Below, piece after piece: positions 19,801 through 28,766 of a DNA stretch of 64,000 bases. Position 1 is the first letter of the stretch, and each line of letters begins with the position of its first letter. Source of the DNA: Puia sp. (GTDB lineage Bacteria > Bacteroidota > Bacteroidia > Chitinophagales > Chitinophagaceae); the NCBI GenBank assembly GCA_035555335.1, contig DATMGS010000019.1, forward strand, positions 77,500 through 141,499, given 5' to 3'. The notes beneath the pieces were generated by a model. It made no database searches. It saw nothing but the letters and a program-made list of their open reading frames with translations, and was not told where the DNA came from. A program made the translations under genes and the position numbers.

Positions 19801-20451
19801 GCCGGTAATATGCTGGGGGGCGAGCAGAGCGGATTTATCGCTGAGATCGGCTTCGAGACCTACCAGAAAATCCTCGACGAAGCGATCCGGGAGCTGAAAA
19901 GGACGGATTTCAAAGAGCTGTTCAAAGAAGAAATCTCTAAAAAAGATGACTTCGTACAGGATTGCACCATCGATACGGACTTGGAAATTCTTATCCCTGA
20001 TAGCTATGTCGAAAGCGTCACGGAACGACTGTCCCTCTATACCCGGCTTGACAATTGCGAAAGCGAAGCAGAACTCCTGGAATTTCATAAAGATATGATC
20101 GACCGGTTCGGACCCATCCCTGACAAGGTGGAAGATCTCTTCGATACGGTGCGCATCCGGGCGCTGGCCGTGACGCTGGGATTTGAGAAGATGATCCTGA
20201 AAGAAGAGCACCTGCGTTGTTATTTTATCAATCGCCCGGACTCGCCCTATTTCGAATCCGATACCTTCCGCCTGATCCTGGAATATATTCAGAAACATAC
20301 CAATAAGGCTAAATTAAAACAGGCCGGCAAACTATTCCTGCTGGTAGTCGACGACATCCGGTCGATGAGGGAATTGCTCAAATTCCTGCAACGCATGAGC
20401 GGGTTCGTACACGATACCCCCCTGGAAGAAGCTGCCAAGCTCCCCGCTTAA
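16849..20451 (+). CDS. mfd: Transcription-repair coupling factor
   Basis: UvrB-like N-terminus, CarD-like domain (GDYVTHIDHGVG), GDVGFGKT, DEEQKFG, QLRGRVGR, TRCF C-terminal domain. Confidence 0.98.
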   Translation: MNSEVLSGAFLHSPRLFQLAEKLLLSHPQRIWCKNLQGSSPAFLISAVFQHTMTSQLNHLVVCEDAESAAYLHNTLENLTGALDLFYFPSSFKNKKNYRLLNSSHVMLRTEALTRLSAAMGSLTKGNLPTAGNSVTGSNKKLIITYPEALFEKVVLPQALSGNIISIKAGDTLDLNGMMEKFVGKGFDRTDFVYEPGQFALRGGILDIYSFGNEKPYRVELFGNDVDSIRIFDPETQLSERKLLQVNIIPNMETRVDSGEKISLLDFIPGNTVIWMQDWAFTRDRLEIQEEDLSLFLDLANTEREIAAGQRLAAEPGAGGGRNVFGNRNRTTPSVREASGSGEDEDRLEKKEVSAAEFVTAAEVEGQLSRFHFVEFGPSAQGSNLPAEASGTAPHVIEFHIKAQPAFNRQFDLLIRDLKSWETKQYSIYLFAENPRQLERLHTIFEDLHAEIRFTPVPVSIHGGFIDEDLKIVCYTDHQLFQRYHKYKVKQAYNKNKAITLRTLRELQPGDYVTHIDHGVGVYSGLQKIEANGRLQEAVRIIYRDSDILYVNINSLHKISKYTGKEGTVPKVNKLGSDVWQKLKEKTKTKVKEIAFDLIKLYAQRKAQQGFAHSADNYMQTELEASFIYEDTPDQSKATADVKKDMQSPSPMDRLVCGDVGFGKTEVAIRAAFKTCCDSKQAAILVPTTILAFQHYKTFSERLKDFPVKVDYINRFKSAKEKKETLKRVEEGKVDILIGTHAILSKDVKFQNLGLLVIDEEQKFGVAHKEKIKTLRTHVDCLTLTATPIPRTLQFSLMGARDLSIMNTPPPNRQPIQTELHGYNEDFIRDAIYYETERAGQIFFIYNRVQGLAEMSAIIQGLCPDLSIGYAHGQMEGNELEERILDFIDKKYDVLVCTNIVESGVDIPNVNTIIVNNAHHFGLSDLHQLRGRVGRSNKKAFCYLLAPSLATLPTDSRKRLQTLEQHSDLGSGFQIAMRDLDIRGAGNMLGGEQSGFIAEIGFETYQKILDEAIRELKRTDFKELFKEEISKKDDFVQDCTIDTDLEILIPDSYVESVTERLSLYTRLDNCESEAELLEFHKDMIDRFGPIPDKVEDLFDTVRIRALAVTLGFEKMILKEEHLRCYFINRPDSPYFESDTFRLILEYIQKHTNKAKLKQAGKLFLLVVDDIRSMRELLKFLQRMSGFVHDTPLEEAAKLPA

Positions 20452-20501
20452 GCATTTTCAAAAAAATGGGTATATTCATTGAATAAAAACCTCCTTCTTC
20501 T

Positions 20502-20852
20502 ATGGACGAACAACCACTTTATACCCCCAATAGCGATGAGCGGATCCTGGCGATCCTGTCGCATATCCTGGCGATCGTTCCGGGTATCGGCATTTTCGGC
20601 CCCCTGGTGATCTACCTGCTAAAAAAAGATGAATCCGGATTCGTCGAAGCCAACGCCAAAGAATCCCTGAATTTTCAAATAACGATGATTATTGCTTATT
20701 TCATCGCAGGTATCCTGGTCCTCATGCTCATCGGGTTCCTGCTCCTGGCAGTCCTCGGTATCCTGAACCTGGTCCTGGTCATCATAGCCACGATCAAAGC
20801 CAGCGAGAACAGGATCTACCGCTATCCGTTCAATATGCGGCTGATTCGATAA
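20502..20852 (+). CDS. DUF4870 family membrane protein
   Basis: ERILAILSH...GPLVIYLLKK...AKESLNFQIT...YRYPF. Confidence 0.85.
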   Translation: MDEQPLYTPNSDERILAILSHILAIVPGIGIFGPLVIYLLKKDESGFVEANAKESLNFQITMIIAYFIAGILVLMLIGFLLLAVLGILNLVLVIIATIKASENRIYRYPFNMRLIR

Positions 20853-20943
20853 GATCCTTCGGCCCGAGGCCATAGGCCTCGTCGGCGGCTGATTCGCTGA
20901 ATTAACCGCCGGCGTAGCTGCCTGCCCCCCCTCGGCCCAGGGG

Positions 20944-21375
20944 TCAGAGCACCTTTTCCATAATATAATGCGGGATCGTCACCTCCAGGAATTCATCGCC
21001 GGTGACCTGATAGCCTAATTTCTGGTAGAAGCCCAGCGCTGTCTTGCGGGCGTGCATGGTGAGTTTCTTATAGCCGAGATCACGGGCGATATTCTCAGCG
21101 AAGATCATGAGGGCCCGGCCAATGCCTTTGCCCTGCATACTATTGGGAACAGCCATTTGGCGTAATCGAATCGTAGCAACGTCCATTTTCGTCAGCAGGC
21201 AGCAGCCCAGCAGACGGTCATCGTCCTCGAAGGCGCCCATCAGGACATCGTCCTTTTCCTTCTCCAATTCATCCGATAACAGCGCCAGGCCTAATGGTTT
21301 ACGCAGTATTTCATTGCGTAAGTTGACCATTTGCCGGTATTCCTTCGTTCCATGATCTATTATCCTAAGCGCCAT
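20944..21375 (-). CDS. GNAT family N-acetyltransferase
   Basis: RLRQMAV...QGKGIGR acetyl-CoA-binding motif; FYQKLGY. Confidence 0.92.
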   Translation of the reverse strand: MALRIIDHGTKEYRQMVNLRNEILRKPLGLALLSDELEKEKDDVLMGAFEDDDRLLGCCLLTKMDVATIRLRQMAVPNSMQGKGIGRALMIFAENIARDLGYKKLTMHARKTALGFYQKLGYQVTGDEFLEVTIPHYIMEKVL

Positions 21376-21682
21376 GCTGTTATTTAATTAATATCTGGTT
21401 GCCGGGACGGCTGATTATTTGAATATTGTTCAATCGGGGGCCGGGAAGGCCGAAGTTATTTAAATTTACTAATTATGGGGTGTAAATAAGGGCGAAAAAT
21501 GAAAAATGGTGAAAAAAGGGCTGTTAGGGCGAGAAGGGCCCTTAAATATTACATATTAAGAATTTATAACACAACCCGCTGCCCGCGCAAGTCCTGGGGG
21601 AAAATCAGTGCAATCTGGCTCCCCGGATTTGCGATGGTAAAAATTAAAAATGCCTTGTTTGTTCTCTTTAAGTCAAAAATTA

Positions 21683-21690
21683 TATTTTTG
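21683..21690 (+). promoter_or_regulatory. -7 promoter element of the acpP-fabF-rnc operon
   Basis: TATTTTTG upstream of acpP. Confidence 0.6.
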
Positions 21691-21716
21691 CAGCCGTATA
21701 ACTAAAATTTAAGAAA

Positions 21717-21953
21717 ATGTCAGACATCGCTACAAGGGTAAAGAAAATAATCGTGGACAAGCTGGGCGTCGAAGAAGCCGAGGTGACTAATGAAGCTTCC
21801 TTCACTAACGATTTGGGTGCCGACTCTCTGGACACCGTTGAGTTGATCATGGAGTTTGAAAAAGAGTTCAACATTTCCATTCCGGACGAACAGGCTGAAA
21901 CGATCACTACTGTAGGTCAGGCCATCGCTTATCTGGAAGAACACGCTAAATAA
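21717..21953 (+). CDS. acpP: Acyl carrier protein
   Basis: [12 protein letters not shown] phosphopantetheine attachment motif. Confidence 0.98.
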   Translation: MSDIATRVKKIIVDKLGVEEAEVTNEASFTNDLGADSLDTVELIMEFEKEFNISIPDEQAETITTVGQAIAYLEEHAK

Positions 21954-21988
21954 GCAGGAACTCCGGTTGGCTGCAATAAATTCGTTGG

Positions 21989-22025
21989 ATCCGCCTTTTC
22001 AAGCAATCTCGCTTAGGAGGCGGAT
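21989..22025 (+). other. Long stem-loop downstream of acpP (mRNA stabiliser, partial terminator or processing site)
   Basis: ATCCGCCT (21989-21996) pairs with AGGCGGAT (22018-22025) and encloses AAGC/GCTT; only a weak U-tract follows. Confidence 0.55.
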
Positions 22026-22146
22026 TTATCCTTAAACTACATAGCCACAGAGTGGCTCGTCCGAAGGACAGACATTAGCCGATTGCTGGAATCGGGCTAA
22101 GTTTTGGCAAAGCACGATTCCAGCACAAAACCCTGGGAAGTCCTAT

Positions 22147-23400
22147 ATGCAATTGAAAAGAGTTGTTGTTACGGGTATCGGTGCGTTGACCCCGATAGGG
22201 AATAATTTGAACGATTACTGGAATGGACTGCTGCAAGGGGTGTCCGGTGCCGATCTTATTACCCTGTTCGATGCGTCTAAATTTAAGACCAGGTTTGCCT
22301 GTGAATTGAAGAATTTCGATCCACTGCAGCACCTGGAAAAGAAGGAAGCCCGTAAAGTGGACAGGTTTACCCAGATCGCGCTGGCCGCCAGCGACGAGGC
22401 CGTGAAGGACGCCGGTATCAACAAAGAAACGATGAACCCGGACCGTATCGGCGTCGTATTCGCCAGTGGTATCGGCGGTCTGATCACCTTCCAGGAAGAA
22501 GTGATCAACTTCGCCAAAGGAGATGGTACCCCCCGCTTCAATCCCTTTTTCATTCCCAAGATGATCCTGGACATTGCAGCCGGACATATCTCCATGCGGC
22601 ATGGTTTTCGCGGTCCTAACTTCGCCGTGGTAAGCGCCTGCGCTTCCTCTACCAATGCTATTATGGAGGCTTTCAACCTGATCCGCCTGGGCATGGCCGA
22701 TATTATCCTGAGCGGCGGCTCCGAAGCCGTGGTCAGCGAAGCCGGCGTAGGTGGATTCAATGCCATGAAAGCACTGAGCGAACGTAATGACGATCCTAAA
22801 ACAGCCAGCCGCCCTTATGACCGGGACCGGGATGGATTTGTGATGGGAGAAGGCGCCGGCGCCCTGGTATTGGAAGAGCTCGAACACGCCAAAGCCAGGG
22901 GCGCTCATATTTACTGTGAGATTGCCGGTTGCGGCGCCACAGCCGATGCTTATCATATAACAGCCCCCCATCCGGAAGGATTGGGCGCCAAGAACGTCAT
23001 GTTTGCAGCCCTGCGGGATGCCGGCATGAAACCGGAAGATATCGATTACATTAATACCCATGGTACCTCCACCCCCTTAGGCGATAGCGCCGAGGTCAAG
23101 GCCATCACGGATGTTTTTGGCGAGTATGCTTATTCGGTGAATATCAGCTCTACCAAGTCCATGACGGGACATTGCCTGGGGGCAGCCGGAGTGATAGAGG
23201 CGATTGCATGCGTGATGAGCGTCGTTCATGACCAGATCCCGCCTACAATCAATCACCTGACGGACGACCCCGACCTGGATCCGCGGCTTAACTTTACTTT
23301 CCTGAAACCACAACAAAGGACAGTCCGGGCAGCCTTAAGCAATACTTTTGGTTTTGGCGGTCACAATGCCTGTGTTATCGTAAAAAAATACCAGGCATAA
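22147..23400 (+). CDS. fabF: Beta-ketoacyl-ACP synthase II
   Basis: SACASS catalytic Cys, HGTST, GHCLGAAG, SNTFGFGG. Confidence 0.97.
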   Translation: MQLKRVVVTGIGALTPIGNNLNDYWNGLLQGVSGADLITLFDASKFKTRFACELKNFDPLQHLEKKEARKVDRFTQIALAASDEAVKDAGINKETMNPDRIGVVFASGIGGLITFQEEVINFAKGDGTPRFNPFFIPKMILDIAAGHISMRHGFRGPNFAVVSACASSTNAIMEAFNLIRLGMADIILSGGSEAVVSEAGVGGFNAMKALSERNDDPKTASRPYDRDRDGFVMGEGAGALVLEELEHAKARGAHIYCEIAGCGATADAYHITAPHPEGLGAKNVMFAALRDAGMKPEDIDYINTHGTSTPLGDSAEVKAITDVFGEYAYSVNISSTKSMTGHCLGAAGVIEAIACVMSVVHDQIPPTINHLTDDPDLDPRLNFTFLKPQQRTVRAALSNTFGFGGHNACVIVKKYQA

Positions 23401-23495
23401 CAACAGATGGACTTTACCGCCCGTTTTACTGCCGGTAAACCCGTCGGGACCTTATTTATTTTTTATCGGATCGAAAAAAATTGTAGATTGTCAGT

Positions 23496-24236
23496 GTGGG
23501 AATCCTGGAACGTTTACTAAAAGGCGATGCCGCGGTCGCCTCATTCAAAAGACAGCTCCGTAATGTGCTGGGGTTTACCCCCGGTAAGGCCGTGCTATAT
23601 AGAACCGCCCTTACTCACCGCTCCGTAAAGGACGGAGCAGATGAGAATAATGAAAGACTGGAATACCTGGGGGATGCTATCCTCAGCGCCATCATTGCAG
23701 ATTTCCTCTTCAAAAAATACCCCTACAAGGAAGAAGGCTTCCTCACCGAGATGCGGAGCAAGATGGTGAACCGCAACCAGCTCAACGATATCGCTATCAA
23801 GATGGGACTGAAGAAGATCAGTAATTTCAACAAGTTCGACAGCAGCCTCAAGATGAGCCAGATCTTCGGTAATACCCTGGAAGCGATCGTCGGAGCTATC
23901 TACCTGGACAAAGGGTTTGATAAAACGCGCTTATGGGTAATCGAGAGGATCGTACAGCCCTACCTTTTCCTGGACGACCTGGAGAACCTGGAGATCAACC
24001 ACAAAAACAAATTATACGGCTGGGCAAATAAGAACGGTAAGAACCTGGAATTCGAAACCCTGGACGAAAGACTCGAAGGCGGCCGCCGGCTGTTCACCGT
24101 AGGGGCCGTGGTAGACGGTGCACTATTAGCGCAGGGAAAAGCCTATAATAAGAAAGATGCCAGCCAGATAGCGGCACAACTGGCGCTCGATAAACTGGGA
24201 CTTAACAAAATAGATACCGGCGAAGAGGCCGTCTGA
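23496..24236 (+). CDS. rnc: Ribonuclease III
   Basis: NERLEYLGDAIL signature and a C-terminal dsRNA-binding domain; GTG start. Confidence 0.96.
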   Translation: MGILERLLKGDAAVASFKRQLRNVLGFTPGKAVLYRTALTHRSVKDGADENNERLEYLGDAILSAIIADFLFKKYPYKEEGFLTEMRSKMVNRNQLNDIAIKMGLKKISNFNKFDSSLKMSQIFGNTLEAIVGAIYLDKGFDKTRLWVIERIVQPYLFLDDLENLEINHKNKLYGWANKNGKNLEFETLDERLEGGRRLFTVGAVVDGALLAQGKAYNKKDASQIAAQLALDKLGLNKIDTGEEAV

Positions 24237-24689
24237 CGGCCCCCCGCCCAACCCCCGCCAAAAATTCTGCAAATTTTTTTCCTCCTTTTCTTGCAAACTC
24301 GTCGTTTTCTTTCTATTTTTATGCCCTTATACCTCCATCCACGAAAAGTGTCCCTTCCTGACACATGCAGTACCCAATATTCCTTTATCTTTTTTGTGTA
24401 TATGTTGACGTTAGTTAATACTGATTATCGTCCCTGACACCTGTATTCAGACCAGGATCAGCGAGCGTAATTTGTACATTATGTGCTTATAGGGCCGCTT
24501 TGCGCCTATCCGATCCAATTCACCTTCGAAAGCTTTTTATTAATCCACTTTGACTATGGTTTACCTGAAGCGAACCCTGATTCGCTGGCTGAAGGTTCAT
24601 CATTAGCCGGTTTATGCTAATGGACCCAATGCCAGTGAGCCGGAGGCGCACCCCCTAACCCCCTTCAATTAATCAATTCTGTAGTGAAC

Positions 24690-25850
24690 ATGAAAAAGCT
24701 TTACTCTTTAACAACCCTCTCGCTCGCCCTCACCCTTTTAATTAACGGAGCTTCTGCCCAGACTTACACCAGTACTTATACGGCGGTGCGTAACGGCAGC
24801 TGGCACACCGCTTCCGGTGTTAACGTATGGGACCCCAACGGCGAACCCTCCAACGATTGCAAAAATTGTAAGATCGTCATCAACCCCGGCATTACCATCA
24901 CCCTGAACGCAGATGTTCTGCTGGAACAGTCGTCGACCCTCATCATCGGAACGGCCTCCTCCAGCGATGCCGCCGCCGTGCTGAGCGTTGCCGGCTCCAC
25001 CGGAACGAATTGGAGCACGGCCTACAATGTCATTATAATGAACGATGGCAGCAGTCCGCAAAACTCTCTTGTGATCGGCAGCAGCAGTTCCATGGTCGAT
25101 GCAACGGGCATCAGCAGCCAATTCGACGGGGTTTTTACGGCTTACTCGAGCCTTGGCGTGACCTCTTATTATAAACAGGTTGGTAAAGGAGCTATCGCCT
25201 TTAACCAAACCACCGCCACCAACACCGGTACTGGCAATCAGGCCCCCGCTACCTTGACGGGACCCGTATCGCTTACCGCCGACGGTACCCTGCCCATCGT
25301 CTTATTGGAATTTACCGCTACCCTGAATAATAAGGAAGTAGACCTGGCCTGGACCACAGCCCAGGAATCGAATAGCGATCATTTCGCCATCCAACGGAGC
25401 GCAAACGCTGGCTCCAGCTGGCAGGCGATAGGAACCGTAGCTGCTAAAGGCAACTCTTCCGTAGCCACCAATTATTCTTTCACCGACGCCAATGCCCCCT
25501 CCGGCACCAGCGAATACCGCCTGCAGGCCGTTGACAAGGATGGGAAATACACTTATTCCGAGATCAGAACGACCCGCAACGGACTGATCGGAAGCGTCAG
25601 CGTATTCCCCAACCCCGCTAAAGACTATGTCAATATCACCCTCGGCAGCAGCTCTACTGCAACGGGTAACCTGAGCATCCGCCTGATCAACCAGGCCGGA
25701 CAGCTGCTGGTAGACAAGAAAGTGACCAATGCAGGCGGAACGACCGTCTCCCTCCCCGTAAGCAGCTACCCTCCCGGTAATTACCTGATCCAGGTAACGG
25801 GCCAGGACGGAACACGACAGATCAGCAAAGTCCTGATCTCAAGACAATAA
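24690..25850 (+). CDS. T9SS type A sorting domain protein (G8-like N-terminus)
   Basis: Signal peptide; LPIVLLEFTA...LAWTTAQESNSDHF Ig-like module; VFPNPA...YPPGNYLIQV C-terminal domain. Confidence 0.88.
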   Translation: MKKLYSLTTLSLALTLLINGASAQTYTSTYTAVRNGSWHTASGVNVWDPNGEPSNDCKNCKIVINPGITITLNADVLLEQSSTLIIGTASSSDAAAVLSVAGSTGTNWSTAYNVIIMNDGSSPQNSLVIGSSSSMVDATGISSQFDGVFTAYSSLGVTSYYKQVGKGAIAFNQTTATNTGTGNQAPATLTGPVSLTADGTLPIVLLEFTATLNNKEVDLAWTTAQESNSDHFAIQRSANAGSSWQAIGTVAAKGNSSVATNYSFTDANAPSGTSEYRLQAVDKDGKYTYSEIRTTRNGLIGSVSVFPNPAKDYVNITLGSSSTATGNLSIRLINQAGQLLVDKKVTNAGGTTVSLPVSSYPPGNYLIQVTGQDGTRQISKVLISRQ

Positions 25851-25882
25851 AAAAACAATACGATTAAGGCTCATCATAGTTC

Positions 25883-25909
25883 AGGCCGCCCATCCGGGCG
25901 GCCTTTTTT
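25883..25909 (+). terminator. Rho-independent terminator
   Basis: AGGCCGCCC-ATCC-GGGCGGCCT followed by TTTTT. Confidence 0.9.
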
Positions 25910-26030
25910 AGGAAGACCCGATAGCATAGCTTGCCAGGTCGGGAATATCGCATTCCCGGAAAGAGAATATTTGCCCAAATGTGCATAAGTTTCCCAGAAT
26001 GAGACTGATAGATATAATGTATATTTACAA

Positions 26031-27317
26031 GTGACTTTATTACAACAGTTGCTTCATCTGGGCATTTCCGACCGGCTTAAGCCTTATGAACGCCGGAGGG
26101 CCTGGATCTTCAATTACTGCAACCTGGCAGGCTTTACGATCAGTTTAATACGACTGTGCTATCTCACTTTTTTTGCCGTCAACCATTATCCGGTCATAGC
26201 GCTGCTGGTAAATGGATTGCCGATGGTCGTCTGCGCAGCGATGGGGATCTGTATGTTGCTGCACCGTTATAAGGGCGCGATAGCCATCTCCTTTATTTTC
26301 TTTCCGCCGCTGCTGGTCTGTATGGCTTTTTTCACCAATGACAGGGGATTGGAGATCTATCTGCTGTTGTATCTGCTGTTCACCTTCTTTTTTCTGCACC
26401 GCCTCCCCTTGATCCTGGCGACCTTTGCGTGGATACTGGCCTGTTTCGTCTGCATACATTATATCCTTAGCCCCCGCGTCTTTAATCAGCTTTATTCCTT
26501 TCGCTTTGATATTACCCTTTCTATCATAGATTACAGCTCCGGGCTTTTTTTCCTGTTCATGACCATGTATTTTATCAAATTCGAAGTCTGGAAGTTTGAA
26601 AAATCCATTCGGGAGAAAAAGGAAGAGCTGAGGAAATTGAATGCTATGAAAGACAAAGTTTTTTCCGTGATCTCGCATGACCTGCGCACGCCGGTGAATT
26701 CGATTATCCTACTGCTTCGCGAAATGCAGAAAGTCGCTGTCTCTGCCGAAGAATTCAATACCGCTCTGCCGGAGATCCTCGGCAATATGGAACAGACCGG
26801 CGACCTGCTGGACAACCTGCTGGCCTGGGCCAGCAGCCAGATCCGGGACAAGGAATTACAGGCAAACGAAATATCCATTTCCAAGGTAACGAACCAGACC
26901 TTAAAATACCTGGAGCGGAATGCCGCCAGCAAGAATATTCGCCTGATCAATGAAGTGACGGCAAAGAGCACCGCCTTTGCGGATGAGAGCTGCGCCAGGA
27001 TTGTACTGAGGAATTTATTGGCAAATGCCATAAAGTTTACGGCATCGGGCGGTTTTGTAAAGGTGAGATCGGAAAAAGCCGGTGAATTTATAAAAATTAT
27101 CGTTGAAGATAACGGCATCGGCATTCCCCGGGATAAACAGCCGTTGCTGTTCAGCGAAGGATATTATTCTACCTCCGGCACCAATAATGAAGCTGGCACC
27201 GGTCTGGGCCTGCTGATCTGCAAAGACCTTGTTCAGAAGAACGGAGGTTCCCTCATTTTCACCAGCGAGGTGGGGAACGGCAGCACTTTTTCTTTCTCGC
27301 TACCTGCCTATAACTGA
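26031..27317 (+). CDS. Membrane sensor histidine kinase (no adjacent response regulator)
   Basis: Six to seven TM helices; H-box SHDLRTP; N-box NLLANAIKF; DNGIG; GTGLGL. Confidence 0.93.
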   Translation: MTLLQQLLHLGISDRLKPYERRRAWIFNYCNLAGFTISLIRLCYLTFFAVNHYPVIALLVNGLPMVVCAAMGICMLLHRYKGAIAISFIFFPPLLVCMAFFTNDRGLEIYLLLYLLFTFFFLHRLPLILATFAWILACFVCIHYILSPRVFNQLYSFRFDITLSIIDYSSGLFFLFMTMYFIKFEVWKFEKSIREKKEELRKLNAMKDKVFSVISHDLRTPVNSIILLLREMQKVAVSAEEFNTALPEILGNMEQTGDLLDNLLAWASSQIRDKELQANEISISKVTNQTLKYLERNAASKNIRLINEVTAKSTAFADESCARIVLRNLLANAIKFTASGGFVKVRSEKAGEFIKIIVEDNGIGIPRDKQPLLFSEGYYSTSGTNNEAGTGLGLLICKDLVQKNGGSLIFTSEVGNGSTFSFSLPAYN

Positions 27318-27351
27318 AAGTTGACCCCGCCTATAACTGAAAGTTGGCCCC
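27306..27351 (+). repeat. 23-bp tandem duplication spanning the kinase stop codon
   Basis: GCCTATAACTGAAAGTTGACCCC / GCCTATAACTGAAAGTTGGCCCC (one mismatch). Confidence 0.9.
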
Positions 27352-27430
27352 GCCACAAAATAAATAGCCCGCAAGTGAGTTAATTAGAGTGAATCCAATA
27401 ACCTGGTGAAACTATGAAGATACTCCTGCC

Positions 27431-28594
27431 ATGAAAAACCCGGATCCCTCCTTCCTGAAAAAACTGGGCCTGTCGCTGTGCGCAGGAGTGATCCTGTATT
27501 TATCTTCCCCCGCTCAATGTGTCAATAATTTGGCCACCCGGTCCTATGATACCGTTCTGACGGGCATAGGATATGGCAACTACCTGTTAAGCTTCCCGAA
27601 ATGGAGCCCGGATTCCGGCCTGCTGGCCTCGGTAAAGATCAATGCCCGGGTGTCTGTACATTATGCTTTTACGCTTAAGAACGTAGACGTAGCGCCCAGC
27701 ACCTATTCCTTATGGGTGGGCCGGGAAGATGCAATCAGCAGCGCGGCGATGAGCAATGCCTATGATAATATCACGGAACAAAAGATCGGGGTTTTCCCGC
27801 TGGCCCCCGGGAGCTCGCTGTCAGAAGGCCCCTTTGTCTTTCTGGACAATTATGTCAATACAGATAGCATTACCGCAAATACGGCTGGTTTCCTGGGGAC
27901 AGGGAATGTCAGCCTGGCCTATTCCCCCGTTACATATACGACCCTCCATACCAATAATAATTCCAGCTATTCTTATAGGGCCTCGGTCCAGGACACGGTT
28001 CATTTTACGCTCACTTATGCCTATTGTAAGGCAGGAGGCGTGCTGGCCAGCAATCTTACCCGGTTTTCAGCGGTGCTGCAGGGGCCTGCGGTGGTGCAGC
28101 TGGACTGGTCCGTCGTGAACGAAATCGCAGGCCGTCAGTACCTGGTCCAGCGAAGTCAGGATGGGCAGCATTTTATGACGATAGCCTCGTTGGGGGCTAC
28201 GGGGACAGCTGACTATACCTATAACGATAACCTGCCGGCAACAGCGGCAGGAAAATGGTATTACCGGCTGCAGATCGACGATCCCGCAGGCACTACCTGG
28301 TCGGCTATAAAACAGGTAATGGTAACCATAACAGGAGACCCGGGACTATCCGTCTACCCGAATCCCGCTGTTGATTTTGTAGACCTGGCTTTTGATCCGG
28401 GCGCTGGATCCGGCGCCGGCTGGCAAGTGGAGCTGTTTGCTACGGACGGCAGCCGGGTACTAAGTGGTAATTACTTGCTTACCAATACAATACATCTCAA
28501 CTTCCCCAGAAAGCTGACTCCGGGGGTTTATATGCTGCGCACTACCGGCCTGCAAGGGCAGGGCCATTTTATTAACAGAATTTTAATACGGTGA
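27431..28594 (+). CDS. T9SS type A sorting domain protein with choice-of-anchor E-like N-domain
   Basis: Signal peptide; FPKWSPDSGLLASV resembles the choice-of-anchor E motif; VYPNPA...LTPGVYML C-terminal domain. Confidence 0.8.
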   Translation: MKNPDPSFLKKLGLSLCAGVILYLSSPAQCVNNLATRSYDTVLTGIGYGNYLLSFPKWSPDSGLLASVKINARVSVHYAFTLKNVDVAPSTYSLWVGREDAISSAAMSNAYDNITEQKIGVFPLAPGSSLSEGPFVFLDNYVNTDSITANTAGFLGTGNVSLAYSPVTYTTLHTNNNSSYSYRASVQDTVHFTLTYAYCKAGGVLASNLTRFSAVLQGPAVVQLDWSVVNEIAGRQYLVQRSQDGQHFMTIASLGATGTADYTYNDNLPATAAGKWYYRLQIDDPAGTTWSAIKQVMVTITGDPGLSVYPNPAVDFVDLAFDPGAGSGAGWQVELFATDGSRVLSGNYLLTNTIHLNFPRKLTPGVYMLRTTGLQGQGHFINRILIR

Positions 28595-28766
28595 GAATCC
28601 ATGGGCGCCCCGTCCTATTACCCATTCATTAGAAGCTATTTATAGTATTTTTTCTAGTCCTTTCTTTATTTATTCTTAATAAAACGAGTAAACCTACTTA
28701 GGAAAAATAAAATAAAATACACGGGTTTGTAGTTATATAACGAATCCTAAATCCCAATTTGTTCCT

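Noticed and set aside
27306-27351. Possible CRISPR repeat
   Set aside because: Only two adjacent copies with no spacer, and no cas genes in the window.
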